Below the pieces are notes generated by a model. The model was not told where the DNA came from, did no database searches, and saw only the letters and a program-made list of their open reading frames with translations. Below, piece by piece: positions 1 through 7,938 of a DNA stretch of 64,000 bases. The position numbers were made by a program, and so were the translations under genes. The stretch is from Candidatus Staskawiczbacteria bacterium (GTDB taxonomy: Bacteria > Patescibacteriota > Minisyncoccia > Minisyncoccales > Staskawiczbacteraceae). How positions within the stretch are numbered: position 1 is the first letter of the stretch; the number at the start of each line of letters is the position of its first letter. The stretch lies in the NCBI GenBank assembly GCA_041661545.1, contig JBAZUH010000001.1, positions 467,877 through 531,876 on the forward strand, written 5' to 3'.

Positions 1-984
1 CACTACGACTGCAACAATTATTACTATAATAATCATCAGTCCAGATTGGTTTGATTTGTCTATTTCTTTAACTATCTCTGGTGCTACTACAACTTTTACT
101 TGGTAATTTTGAACTGATCCATCTTTAGCGGTAACTTTATAGATTACAGGATTAGTAAAATCTTGCACAACAAAAGATTCTGGTTGAATGGTAGTTTCTG
201 GAGTTACAACTATTCTTGGAGCTAAATTTTTTATATCTGTGCCATAAGGAACAGTTAATGTAATTACATAATTTTCATAATCTAATTCTCCTACAACTTC
301 GGGGTCTGAAATAAGATGAAAAGATGTAATTAATTTTTGACTATCTAAAACTTGCTGGTCTCCTGCTGGCAAATTTTCATCTACCGCCGGGGATCCATCG
401 GGATTTGCTTGGTCTTGGTTATCTGGAGTCAAGGGTGCTGGTGATATATTTGGCAAATAATCAAATATACTTTTATCTAATACAAGCGAAACATTAAATT
501 CTGTTCTTGCAGCCTCTCCCAAAGAGGAGCTAAAAGTTCCCACACTACTTACATATTTATTTTCTTCAAGAATTGCCACCTGTCTAGAAAAAGCATCCAT
601 ATCATCAGCTTCTCCAGTAAGTTGAAGCGCACTGTTTCTTTGATCTAAGTTAAATTGACTAAACCAAATATTAGGCATTGTTTGAGCCTGCATAAAAGCA
701 AAAGCATTAGAAGCAAATTCATGATTTTTTAATAACAAAGAAAAATCTCCAATTTTCTTCTGATAAACCATTACTTCTTTTTCATGTTCTTTTTGCATCA
801 ATGTTCCTACTTCTTGCAATTTTGTCATTTCTTCTTCTATTTGCATCTTTACCATTCCATTTTTAAATAAAAAAATAAAATATAAAAACACCGTGGCCAC
901 CAATGAAGAAACCACAAAATAAAAGATAACATCTAGCCACCAAAATTTCTTAGTTCGTAGTTGAAAAATTACAGAAAAATCCAT
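1..984 (-). CDS. PilN-like type IV pilus assembly membrane protein (partial, 3' end runs off the window)
   Basis: Own minus-strand translation: ATG at 984..982 preceded by an in-frame TAG. The protein starts MDFSVIFQLRTKKFWWLDVIFYFVVSSLVATVFLYFIFLF (short tail plus TM helix), followed by a coiled-coil-like segment and an Ig-like C-terminal part. The frame is open to position 1. It lies directly downstream of the pilM-like gene. It is absent from the ORF track because it has no stop codon in the window. Confidence 0.6.
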   Translation of the reverse strand, partial: MDFSVIFQLRTKKFWWLDVIFYFVVSSLVATVFLYFIFLFKNGMVKMQIEEEMTKLQEVGTLMQKEHEKEVMVYQKKIGDFSLLLKNHEFASNAFAFMQAQTMPNIWFSQFNLDQRNSALQLTGEADDMDAFSRQVAILEENKYVSSVGTFSSSLGEAARTEFNVSLVLDKSIFDYLPNISPAPLTPDNQDQANPDGSPAVDENLPAGDQQVLDSQKLITSFHLISDPEVVGELDYENYVITLTVPYGTDIKNLAPRIVVTPETTIQPESFVVQDFTNPVIYKVTAKDGSVQNYQVKVVVAPEIVKEIDKSNQSGLMIIIVIIVAVVV

Positions 985-1057
985 CTAATAAATTTAACTA
1001 TTTTTATTACTTTATTATACCTGCCTACCGTGGGGCAGGCAACAAATTTTATACACA

Positions 1058-2182
1058 CTATGTTTCTAATCCACCTAACGCCACCCCTGTTGCCACCGAA
1101 AAGCTTGGGGCTATTTTTTCTAAAGTATCTCCTAAAATTGGCGGGTACAAAAGCTCTGAAAAACAATTGGGAATTTCCACTTTTTTCTTTAAAACTTCTG
1201 AAAAATATTCTTTAAGGCCGGGCAATTTAGAAGTGCCACCAGTTAAATAAATTACATCTATATCTTTGCCCTCTTGTTGATAAACATCAGACATTACTCT
1301 TTTTATTTCAACTATTAATGGATCTATTAATAAATATAATGTTTTAGAAATTTCTTCTTTGGTAGAGGTTAAACCTTCTCTATTTTTTAATTCCTCTGCC
1401 TGATCATGTCCTAAGTCTAAAACCGAAGCAATACTATAAGTTAGCTGACCTCCTGCAAAATCAAAACTATAACTTTTCTTTAAAGAATTTTTATAAACTA
1501 TACTAATAGTTGTGCTTTGCACTCCTATATCTACTAGACAAGCATAGTTTCTATTTTCTTTAATTAAAGACCTAACCAATCCCATTGCTTCGGCTTCTAC
1601 TGCATATAAATCTACGCCTGCTAGCTGAGCGATTTTTTGATAGTCTTGTATTATTTGATTTGGTATTGCAACTAAAAATATTTTCAAAGCCGAGTGCTTA
1701 TCTCCAGGAGTTCCACCAGTTAATTGCCAGTCTAATGTTGTTTCAGCCACTGGCAATGGTATATATTGCGAAGCGTTATAATAAACTGCATCTTTTATTT
1801 CGTTAGCATTCATTGGAGGCAACTCAAAAGAAGTACAAAAAGTTGAAAAATCAGGAATTGAAAATATAGCTGCCTTAGTTCTTATTTTTGCTTCATCTAA
1901 AATTGCTCTAACTGCCCTAGAAACAAAATAATTAGAAAGCAAATAGCTTCCTTTTTCAACGCCATGAAACGGCTCTTTATAAAGGGCCGAGGATTTAATT
2001 TCTCCGTAGTTTTCTAATGTTTTTCCCTGACCCCATCTTGAAAGTTCAACTATTTTAATGCCCGCAGTACCAACATCAATGCCTACCATTTTTTTAGGAA
2101 AAAACATCTTCAAGGGATTGGAGAAAATATTTAACTTTTTAATCGATTCTATATTAAAACTGGACAAAGGATTTGAACTCAT
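1058..2182 (-). CDS. pilM: Type IV pilus assembly ATPase-fold protein PilM (actin/FtsA-like)
   Basis: Actin-fold motifs GIDVGTAGIKIVEL, DIGVQSTTISIV and LTGGTSKLPGL. About 370 aa, followed by a TM/coiled-coil PilN-like gene. An internal start (MFFPKKMVGIDVG) is possible. Confidence 0.7.
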   Translation of the reverse strand: MSSNPLSSFNIESIKKLNIFSNPLKMFFPKKMVGIDVGTAGIKIVELSRWGQGKTLENYGEIKSSALYKEPFHGVEKGSYLLSNYFVSRAVRAILDEAKIRTKAAIFSIPDFSTFCTSFELPPMNANEIKDAVYYNASQYIPLPVAETTLDWQLTGGTPGDKHSALKIFLVAIPNQIIQDYQKIAQLAGVDLYAVEAEAMGLVRSLIKENRNYACLVDIGVQSTTISIVYKNSLKKSYSFDFAGGQLTYSIASVLDLGHDQAEELKNREGLTSTKEEISKTLYLLIDPLIVEIKRVMSDVYQQEGKDIDVIYLTGGTSKLPGLKEYFSEVLKKKVEIPNCFSELLYPPILGDTLEKIAPSFSVATGVALGGLET

Positions 2183-2221
2183 AATTAATTAATTATACAA
2201 TTAAATAAATAAAACAACACT

Positions 2222-2971
2222 GTGGATAAGTCACCTAACAAATTTAAAGAATTTACTAAAGATTTGCTTTTTCCAAAGTCGTGTTTAGGGTGTCAAAAAG
2301 AAGGCCTTTATCTTTGCGATGATTGCCGAACTATTTTAGATATTAATGAATTTGATTATTGTCTTTGTAGCAAAAATCCTATTCGATTTTTGCCCGAACA
2401 AAAAATGGGCACGTGCAATAGGTGCCAAAATAGAAAACTTTCTGGTCTTTATTGTGCTCTTTCTTATAAAGACAAGCAATTAACGAAAAATTTAATTTAC
2501 CAATTTAAATATCCCCCACATTTAAAAGACTTAGCAAAAACATTAGCATCAATTTTAATTGAACATTTTGTGATTTCTGGCAAAAATACAAATGAAATTT
2601 GGGAAAACTCTATTTTGATTCCTGTTCCATTAGATAAAAATAAATTAAAAAATAGAGGGTATAATCAAGCCGAAGAATTAGCAAAAGAATTATCAAAAAT
2701 TTTACAAATTCCAGTAGTTTCTGATGTTTTAACAAAAATAAAACTCACTAAGGCTCAAGCAGAATCTAATAAAGAAGAACGAGAGAAAAATTTGCTGAAC
2801 GCTTTTTGTGTAAACAAAAATTTGGCTAAGTCGGACTTAGCCAAATTTTATAAAGTTTTTTTGGTTGATGATGTTTACACTACTGGCTCTACAATGGAAG
2901 AATGTGCTTCTGTTTTACGCCAAGCCGGTGCCAAACAAGTTTGGGGCATTTGTTTGGCACGCGAAGACTAA
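2222..2971 (+). CDS. comF: ComF family protein (phosphoribosyltransferase domain, competence-associated)
   Basis: N-terminal Cys pairs (CLGCQ..CDDC, CNRC) and a C-terminal PRTase motif VFLVDDVYTTGSTMEE. GTG start. Confidence 0.85.
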   Translation: MDKSPNKFKEFTKDLLFPKSCLGCQKEGLYLCDDCRTILDINEFDYCLCSKNPIRFLPEQKMGTCNRCQNRKLSGLYCALSYKDKQLTKNLIYQFKYPPHLKDLAKTLASILIEHFVISGKNTNEIWENSILIPVPLDKNKLKNRGYNQAEELAKELSKILQIPVVSDVLTKIKLTKAQAESNKEEREKNLLNAFCVNKNLAKSDLAKFYKVFLVDDVYTTGSTMEECASVLRQAGAKQVWGICLARED

Positions 2972-2973
2972 TT

Positions 2974-3366
2974 TTAAATTTTTTCTACAGTTGTCCAGTC
3001 ACCATCTACCCACAACATTACTATTTCAATTGGAAAACCAAATGAACCAATAACTTCTTTGCATTTTTTAAGTTGTTCAATTTGTTCTTCTTTTTCAGCT
3101 GGATTTCCAGCACATCCAAAGTGCCCAACAATTGCTAACTGCTTAGAACCGTGATGATGAACTGAAATTTCAACTCTTTTTTTAATATCATCAATAACTG
3201 CCATATCGCAATCATTTTTTTCGCATAAAATTTTATTTGGACCAGGCTCGGTTATCATGTCTACATAATCAACGCCATAATTTTTTTTCATATAATCTTT
3301 AACCGCATCTTGAACCCTACCGTCCATACAATTTATTGCACACGCAAAAGTTTTATCTGTTGTCAT
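2974..3366 (-). CDS. Hypothetical small protein with beta-carbonic-anhydrase-like CxDxR / HxxC motifs
   Basis: 130-aa ORF with host-like composition. Motifs NCMDGR and GHFGCAG are present. The functional call is tentative. Confidence 0.55.
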   Translation of the reverse strand: MTTDKTFACAINCMDGRVQDAVKDYMKKNYGVDYVDMITEPGPNKILCEKNDCDMAVIDDIKKRVEISVHHHGSKQLAIVGHFGCAGNPAEKEEQIEQLKKCKEVIGSFGFPIEIVMLWVDGDWTTVEKI

Positions 3367-3463
3367 AATTTAAAATTTAATTTTATATAAATAAAAATAT
3401 CATAAAAACTAATATTTTACAAATTGACTTTAGTGTATTTTGGGGTTAGAATAAAAACCACTT

Positions 3464-3548
3464 GGAGGAGTCGCATAGTGGCTATTGCACCGGTCTTGAA
3501 AACCGGAATCCTTCACAGGATTCGTGAGTTCGAGTCTCACCTCCTCCG
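3464..3548 (+). tRNA. tRNA-Ser(UGA)
   Basis: Hand-folded cloverleaf: acceptor GGAGGAG/CTCCTCC, anticodon loop CTTGAAA, long variable arm, T-loop TTCGAGT. Confidence 0.9.
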
Positions 3549-3613
3549 CCTTCGCCTCGCTGAAGCTCGGCTTCGGCGAGACAAAGTCCGCCGAGTTGAA
3601 AAAAATAAAAAAT

Positions 3614-3697
3614 GGAGAGGTCGTATAATGGTTATTACAAGAGATTGCTAATCTCTGCCCCTCACGGGGCCTGTGGGTTCGAGTCCCACCCTCTCCG
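3614..3697 (+). tRNA. tRNA-Ser(GCU)
   Basis: Acceptor GGAGAGG/CCTCTCC, anticodon stem-loop AGAGA-TTGCTAA-TCTCT, long variable arm GCCCCTCACGGGGCC, T-loop TTCGAGT. Confidence 0.9.
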
Positions 3698-3704
3698 CAC
3701 TGAT

Positions 3705-3776
3705 GCGCCCGTAGCTCAACGGATAGAGCGCAGCCCTGCGAAGGCTGAAATACCGGTTCGATTCCTGTCGGGCGCA
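3705..3776 (+). tRNA. tRNA-Arg(GCG)
   Basis: Acceptor GCGCCCG/CGGGCGC, anticodon stem-loop CAGCC-CTGCGAA-GGCTG. The T-stem has one C-T mismatch. Confidence 0.8.
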
Positions 3777-3810
3777 CACTTCGATAGGCTCAGCATAAAC
3801 TTAAAAATTT

Positions 3811-4548
3811 ATGAACTCAAAAAAAACTATCGTCTCGTTTATAATTTTTGTTGCTGTAATAATAGCAGGCGTTTTTGTATTTCAATCATATAAAGAAAAC
3901 AAGATTGAAAATATGTCTGGGTTGCTTAAAAAAATAACTATTGAAGACAAAAAAATAGAAGACAACACAAAGCCTTTTAAAATAAACGTTGTTTACCCCC
4001 AAATACCTGACGCAGAGGAATTTAATCAAATAGCAAGAGACCTTGTTAATAAAGAAATAGATAATTTTAAAAATAATTCTTTAGAAAACGATTCTTCTGT
4101 TGCAGAAACAGATCCAGAAAACTATGCTAGTTATCCCAGAGAATATGAGTTAAATATTTCTTATGAAAAAGGAGATGATTTAGACAACAATATTATTAGT
4201 ATAGTTTTTAACATTTATAGCTTTGAAGGTGGCGCCCATGGAGCTAGCTATTTTATACCGCTAAATTATAATTTAAAAACAAAAAGTAAAATTGCACTAG
4301 GCGATATATTCAAAAATCAGCCAAATTATGTGCAAAAAATATCTGAATTTTGCATTAAAGATTTAACAAGTCAAATAACTTCTAAATTGGGCAATACCGA
4401 GGGCACATGGATAGAACAAGGTGCTGGCCTAGAAGAAGAAAATTTTGCCGTATTTTTAATAAACAAAAAAAATATCGTTTTTTACTTTCCTCAATATCAG
4501 GTAGCTTTTGGCGCCGCCGGCGACTTCCGCGTCTCAATGCCCCGCTGA
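3811..4548 (+). CDS. DUF3298/DUF4163-like (RsiV/PdaC C-terminal-like) membrane-anchored protein
   Basis: N-terminal TM helix, FEGGAHGASY motif and C-terminal QVAFGAAGDF, as in DUF3298-type proteins. Confidence 0.65.
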   Translation: MNSKKTIVSFIIFVAVIIAGVFVFQSYKENKIENMSGLLKKITIEDKKIEDNTKPFKINVVYPQIPDAEEFNQIARDLVNKEIDNFKNNSLENDSSVAETDPENYASYPREYELNISYEKGDDLDNNIISIVFNIYSFEGGAHGASYFIPLNYNLKTKSKIALGDIFKNQPNYVQKISEFCIKDLTSQITSKLGNTEGTWIEQGAGLEEENFAVFLINKKNIVFYFPQYQVAFGAAGDFRVSMPR

Positions 4549-4609
4549 TCCCACACCTGTGCACCGGAGCACGGGTGCGCGCCGATATTATCTAAAATTT
4601 AAAAATACA

Positions 4610-4647
4610 AAAAAACCGTGCTGAGTTTATCGAAGCACGGTTTTTTG
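4610..4647. terminator. Bidirectional intrinsic terminator between convergent genes
   Basis: aaaaaaCCGTGCTgagtttatcgaAGCACGGtttttt. Confidence 0.8.
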
Positions 4648-5010
4648 TTACCTAGAAACGAATATTTTCTTTTTACCAAACTCTAAAAGTATGAGTGATA
4701 TAATACCTAAAATTATGCCAACAATTTTTGAAGCTGTAACTTCTTCCCCAAAAATCAGAACTCCCACAATTGTTAAAATTGTAACATTAAACATTACCAA
4801 AATAATTGAAGCCACTGGAATATCTTCGCCTTCATAACTTTTAATTAAAATTGCCATAGCAATTATATAAAAAATCATTGTTATAAAGTATAAAAATAAG
4901 CTTCCGCTGACTCTAACCCATTCTGTTGCAAATATATCTCCTAAAGTTAAAATTGCTCCTCCTATAAGAAGCATAATTAACGGGGATAATTTTTTCTTAT
5001 TTTTTTTCAT
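4648..5010 (-). CDS. Small 4-TM membrane protein, SMR/DMT-like (paired with the next gene)
   Basis: About 120 aa and highly hydrophobic. The start is placed at MKKNKKKLSPL (cat at 5008..5010), which avoids overlap with the upstream paralog. Confidence 0.55.
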   Translation of the reverse strand: MKKNKKKLSPLIMLLIGGAILTLGDIFATEWVRVSGSLFLYFITMIFYIIAMAILIKSYEGEDIPVASIILVMFNVTILTIVGVLIFGEEVTASKIVGIILGIISLILLEFGKKKIFVSR

Positions 5011-5018
5011 TTTTAAAT

Positions 5019-5324
5019 TTATAAAATAATAACGGCTATTAAGCCCACTATAATACCGCACAATTCAGTTTTTGTTATATTTTCTTTAAACAAAAACTTA
5101 CCAGCTATGGTTAAGGTTAATATATTAAAAATCTCCAAGGTGATAGAAGCTACAGCAATATTTTCAAATTTATAACTAAATATTAAAAAAGTTAATCCAA
5201 TTATATAAAAAACCATTACTGATAAATACAGCAATTTGGTTTTAGATTTTATGTATTTACCGGCAATTAAATCACCTATGGTTAAGGCGATTCCGCCAGC
5301 TAATAATAAATAAATGGGAAACAT
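5019..5324 (-). CDS. Small 4-TM membrane protein, SMR/DMT-like (paralog of the previous gene)
   Basis: 101-aa hydrophobic protein with the same LTxGD motif in TM1 as its neighbour. The layout is a tandem pair, as in heterodimeric SMR or ArnE/F-like systems. Confidence 0.55.
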   Translation of the reverse strand: MFPIYLLLAGGIALTIGDLIAGKYIKSKTKLLYLSVMVFYIIGLTFLIFSYKFENIAVASITLEIFNILTLTIAGKFLFKENITKTELCGIIVGLIAVIIL

Positions 5325-5380
5325 TAATATATTATAACATATTTATTGTTTTAATCCCCCACTTTTGATAAAATATATTT

Positions 5381-7591
5381 ATGATTACGTTATCAACAAA
5401 AATCGAAGAAATTCCAAAAGTTGGAACAGCTTACGCAAAAAAATTAAAAAAATTCGGCATAAAAACTGTGCAGGATTTGCTTTTTTATTTTCCTGCAAGA
5501 TATGACGATTTTTCAGAAATAATTTCTATTAAAAATGCCAAACAAAGATTAGGCGATACTGTTTGTGTGCAAGGAAGAATTACAAATATAGAAAGCACTC
5601 ATACTTTTAAAAAGTTTATGAACTTAACCGAGGTAACCATACAAGACGACACCGCAGAAATTAATGTTGTTTGGTTTAACCAGCCATATTTAGCAAAATC
5701 ACTCAAAGAAGATGATTTTATTTGTGTAGCTGGAAAAATAAGTTTGGGCAAAGATGGTATTTATTTTAACAGCCCAGCATATGAACGAATAAACCAAACA
5801 GCTGAAAAAGAAGAACTTACTCATACCGGTAGAATTGTGCCAGTTTATGCAGAAACAAGAGGTGTTACCTCGCGCTGGCTAAGATATGTAATAAAACCTT
5901 TGCTTTATCAATTTTGTGACCAAATACAAGAATCTTTACCAAAAGAAATCATAAAAAAATATAAATTTTTGCCTATACAAGAAGCTGTTTGGCAGTTACA
6001 CTTTCCCGATTCTTTTGAACATGCAGATGCTGCCAAAGCTAGATTTTCTTTTGAAGAATTATTTTTAATTCAACTTAATGTTTTAAAAGAAAAAATAAAA
6101 CTAATGGTAAAAAAGGCCCACGCCTGCCCAATGGATAATGACTTATTAAAAAAATTTACCGATTCTTTACCATTTCAGCTTACAGATTCACAAAAAAAAT
6201 GTGCCTATGCTATTTTAAAAGATTTAGAAAAAACAGTTCCAATGTCGCGGTTGCTAGAAGGAGATGTTGGAAGCGGTAAAACAGTTGTAGCAACAATGGC
6301 TATATTAAATGTGGTAAAAAGTAAACCAAACCTGCCTGCCGGCAGGCAGGTAGCTTTTATGGCACCAACAGAAATTTTAGCAAAACAACATTTTAAATCT
6401 GTTTCTGAAATGCTAAAACCATTTAATATTACCGTGGGCATGCTAACCGGCAAAGATGCTAGAATTTTTAGAGATGGCGAGGTTTTTGAAGTTTCTAAAA
6501 AAAGTTTTAACGGCGATTTAGAAAACGGGCAAATAGACGTGGCTATTGGCACACACTCTTTAATTCAAAAAAACATAAATTTTAAAGATTTAGCCTTAGT
6601 AGTTTTAGATGAACAACATCGTTTTGGCGTAGAACAAAGGGATCACTTAATAAAAAATAAAAAACTCGTGCCCCATTTATTATCTATGACTGCAACTCCA
6701 ATTCCTAGAACCCTGGCTTTAACTGTTTATGGCGATTTAGATCTATCTTTAATTGATGAAATGCCAGCTAACAGAAAAAAAATAAAAACAGTTATTGTTG
6801 AGCCTTCTCAAAGACAGGAAGCTTACAATTTTATTAAAAAAGAAGTAAGTGAGGGCAAAGGAGTTTTTGTTATTTTCCCTAAAATAGAAAGCGCTGCTTC
6901 AAAATTAGCTGAAACAATAAAAGAAAAAGGCGGAGTTATTGGTTCGGCAGGGTTTAATGTGCAAAACTATTCCCCGCTTTCTTTATCATCACTGGCTATT
7001 AACGAGGTTAAGGCTTTGAAAGAAGAGTATGAAAAATTATCAAAAGAAGTTTTTCCAGATTTACGAATAACTATGCTTCATGGAAAAATGAAATCCCCAG
7101 AAAAAGAAAGAATTATGTTAGATTTTAAGAGAGGCGAAATTGATATTTTACTTTCTACTTCGGTAGTAGAAGTTGGAGTTGATGTTCCAAGAGCTACTAT
7201 TATGATGATTGAAGGGGCTGAACGTTTTGGACTTAGCCAACTTCATCAGTTTCGCGGACGAGTTGGCCGAAGCGATATGCAATCTTATTGTTTTTTATTT
7301 ACCACAGACCCTAGTATGCTAAACAGAAAAAGATTAAAAGCCTTAGTAGAATCAAATAATGGCTTTGAATTAGCTGAAAAAGATTTGGAAATAAGGGGCC
7401 CAGGAAGTCTTTATGGCACACAGCAATGGGGCATTCCCGATATGGCTATGCAGGGTTTAAGTAATATATTTTTAGTTGAAAAAACACGAGCTGCTGCCAA
7501 AGAACTTTTAGAAAAAGACCCTGCGCTAAAAGATTACCCCGAGCTAAAAGAAAGATTAAAAGAGTTTGAAAAAAGAATACATTTTGAATAA
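5381..7591 (+). CDS. recG: ATP-dependent DNA helicase RecG
   Basis: GDVGSGKT (Walker A), DEQHRFG, MTATPIPRT, QLHQFRGRVGR, and an N-terminal wedge/OB region. It carries an in-frame palindrome insertion (LPAGRQV). Confidence 0.95.
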   Translation: MITLSTKIEEIPKVGTAYAKKLKKFGIKTVQDLLFYFPARYDDFSEIISIKNAKQRLGDTVCVQGRITNIESTHTFKKFMNLTEVTIQDDTAEINVVWFNQPYLAKSLKEDDFICVAGKISLGKDGIYFNSPAYERINQTAEKEELTHTGRIVPVYAETRGVTSRWLRYVIKPLLYQFCDQIQESLPKEIIKKYKFLPIQEAVWQLHFPDSFEHADAAKARFSFEELFLIQLNVLKEKIKLMVKKAHACPMDNDLLKKFTDSLPFQLTDSQKKCAYAILKDLEKTVPMSRLLEGDVGSGKTVVATMAILNVVKSKPNLPAGRQVAFMAPTEILAKQHFKSVSEMLKPFNITVGMLTGKDARIFRDGEVFEVSKKSFNGDLENGQIDVAIGTHSLIQKNINFKDLALVVLDEQHRFGVEQRDHLIKNKKLVPHLLSMTATPIPRTLALTVYGDLDLSLIDEMPANRKKIKTVIVEPSQRQEAYNFIKKEVSEGKGVFVIFPKIESAASKLAETIKEKGGVIGSAGFNVQNYSPLSLSSLAINEVKALKEEYEKLSKEVFPDLRITMLHGKMKSPEKERIMLDFKRGEIDILLSTSVVEVGVDVPRATIMMIEGAERFGLSQLHQFRGRVGRSDMQSYCFLFTTDPSMLNRKRLKALVESNNGFELAEKDLEIRGPGSLYGTQQWGIPDMAMQGLSNIFLVEKTRAAAKELLEKDPALKDYPELKERLKEFEKRIHFE

Positions 7592-7628
7592 AAAAAATCC
7601 GTTGAAATAATCTCGGGACGGCTACAAA

Positions 7629-7859
7629 TTAAGCAATTATCTCTATACGACCCCCGTCATTGCTCTGAATCAACTCGATATCTTCGGGGTGTAAAACATC
7701 CTCCACTGCGGTTAACTCCTGCTCAGGGTGACCTATGTCAAATATTCCATGAGACTTATCATGAATATTGACATGAAAGCCCCTCGCTCGAATATACTGC
7801 AAAAAATGCCTTATATTATATAGTAAATCGTCTGGCATGTGAACTCGAAGCTTACTCAT
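7629..7859 (-). CDS. Hypothetical small protein (76 aa), mid-GC orphan
   Basis: The ORF is visibly GC-richer than its flanks. On the minus strand, TTGACA-17-TAGAAT overlaps the upstream terminator hairpin. No recognisable motif. Confidence 0.4.
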   Translation of the reverse strand: MSKLRVHMPDDLLYNIRHFLQYIRARGFHVNIHDKSHGIFDIGHPEQELTAVEDVLHPEDIELIQSNDGGRIEIIA

Positions 7860-7888
7860 GAGGATCTTTGTTGCTTGTTTCTAATTGT

Positions 7889-7920
7889 AAAAGGGCGTGC
7901 TTATTCTAGCACGTCCTTTT
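7889..7920. terminator. Intrinsic terminator after giant gene 1
   Basis: aaaaGGGCGTGCTtattctAGCACGTCCtttt. Confidence 0.7.
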
Positions 7921-7938
7921 AACTTTGTCAAAACCCTT

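Noticed and set aside
3424-3893. ORFs 3424..3651, 3430..3777 and 3612..3893 across the tRNA-Ser/Ser/Arg cluster
   Set aside because: They overlap three well-folding tRNA genes and a GC-rich spacer hairpin, so they are not coding.
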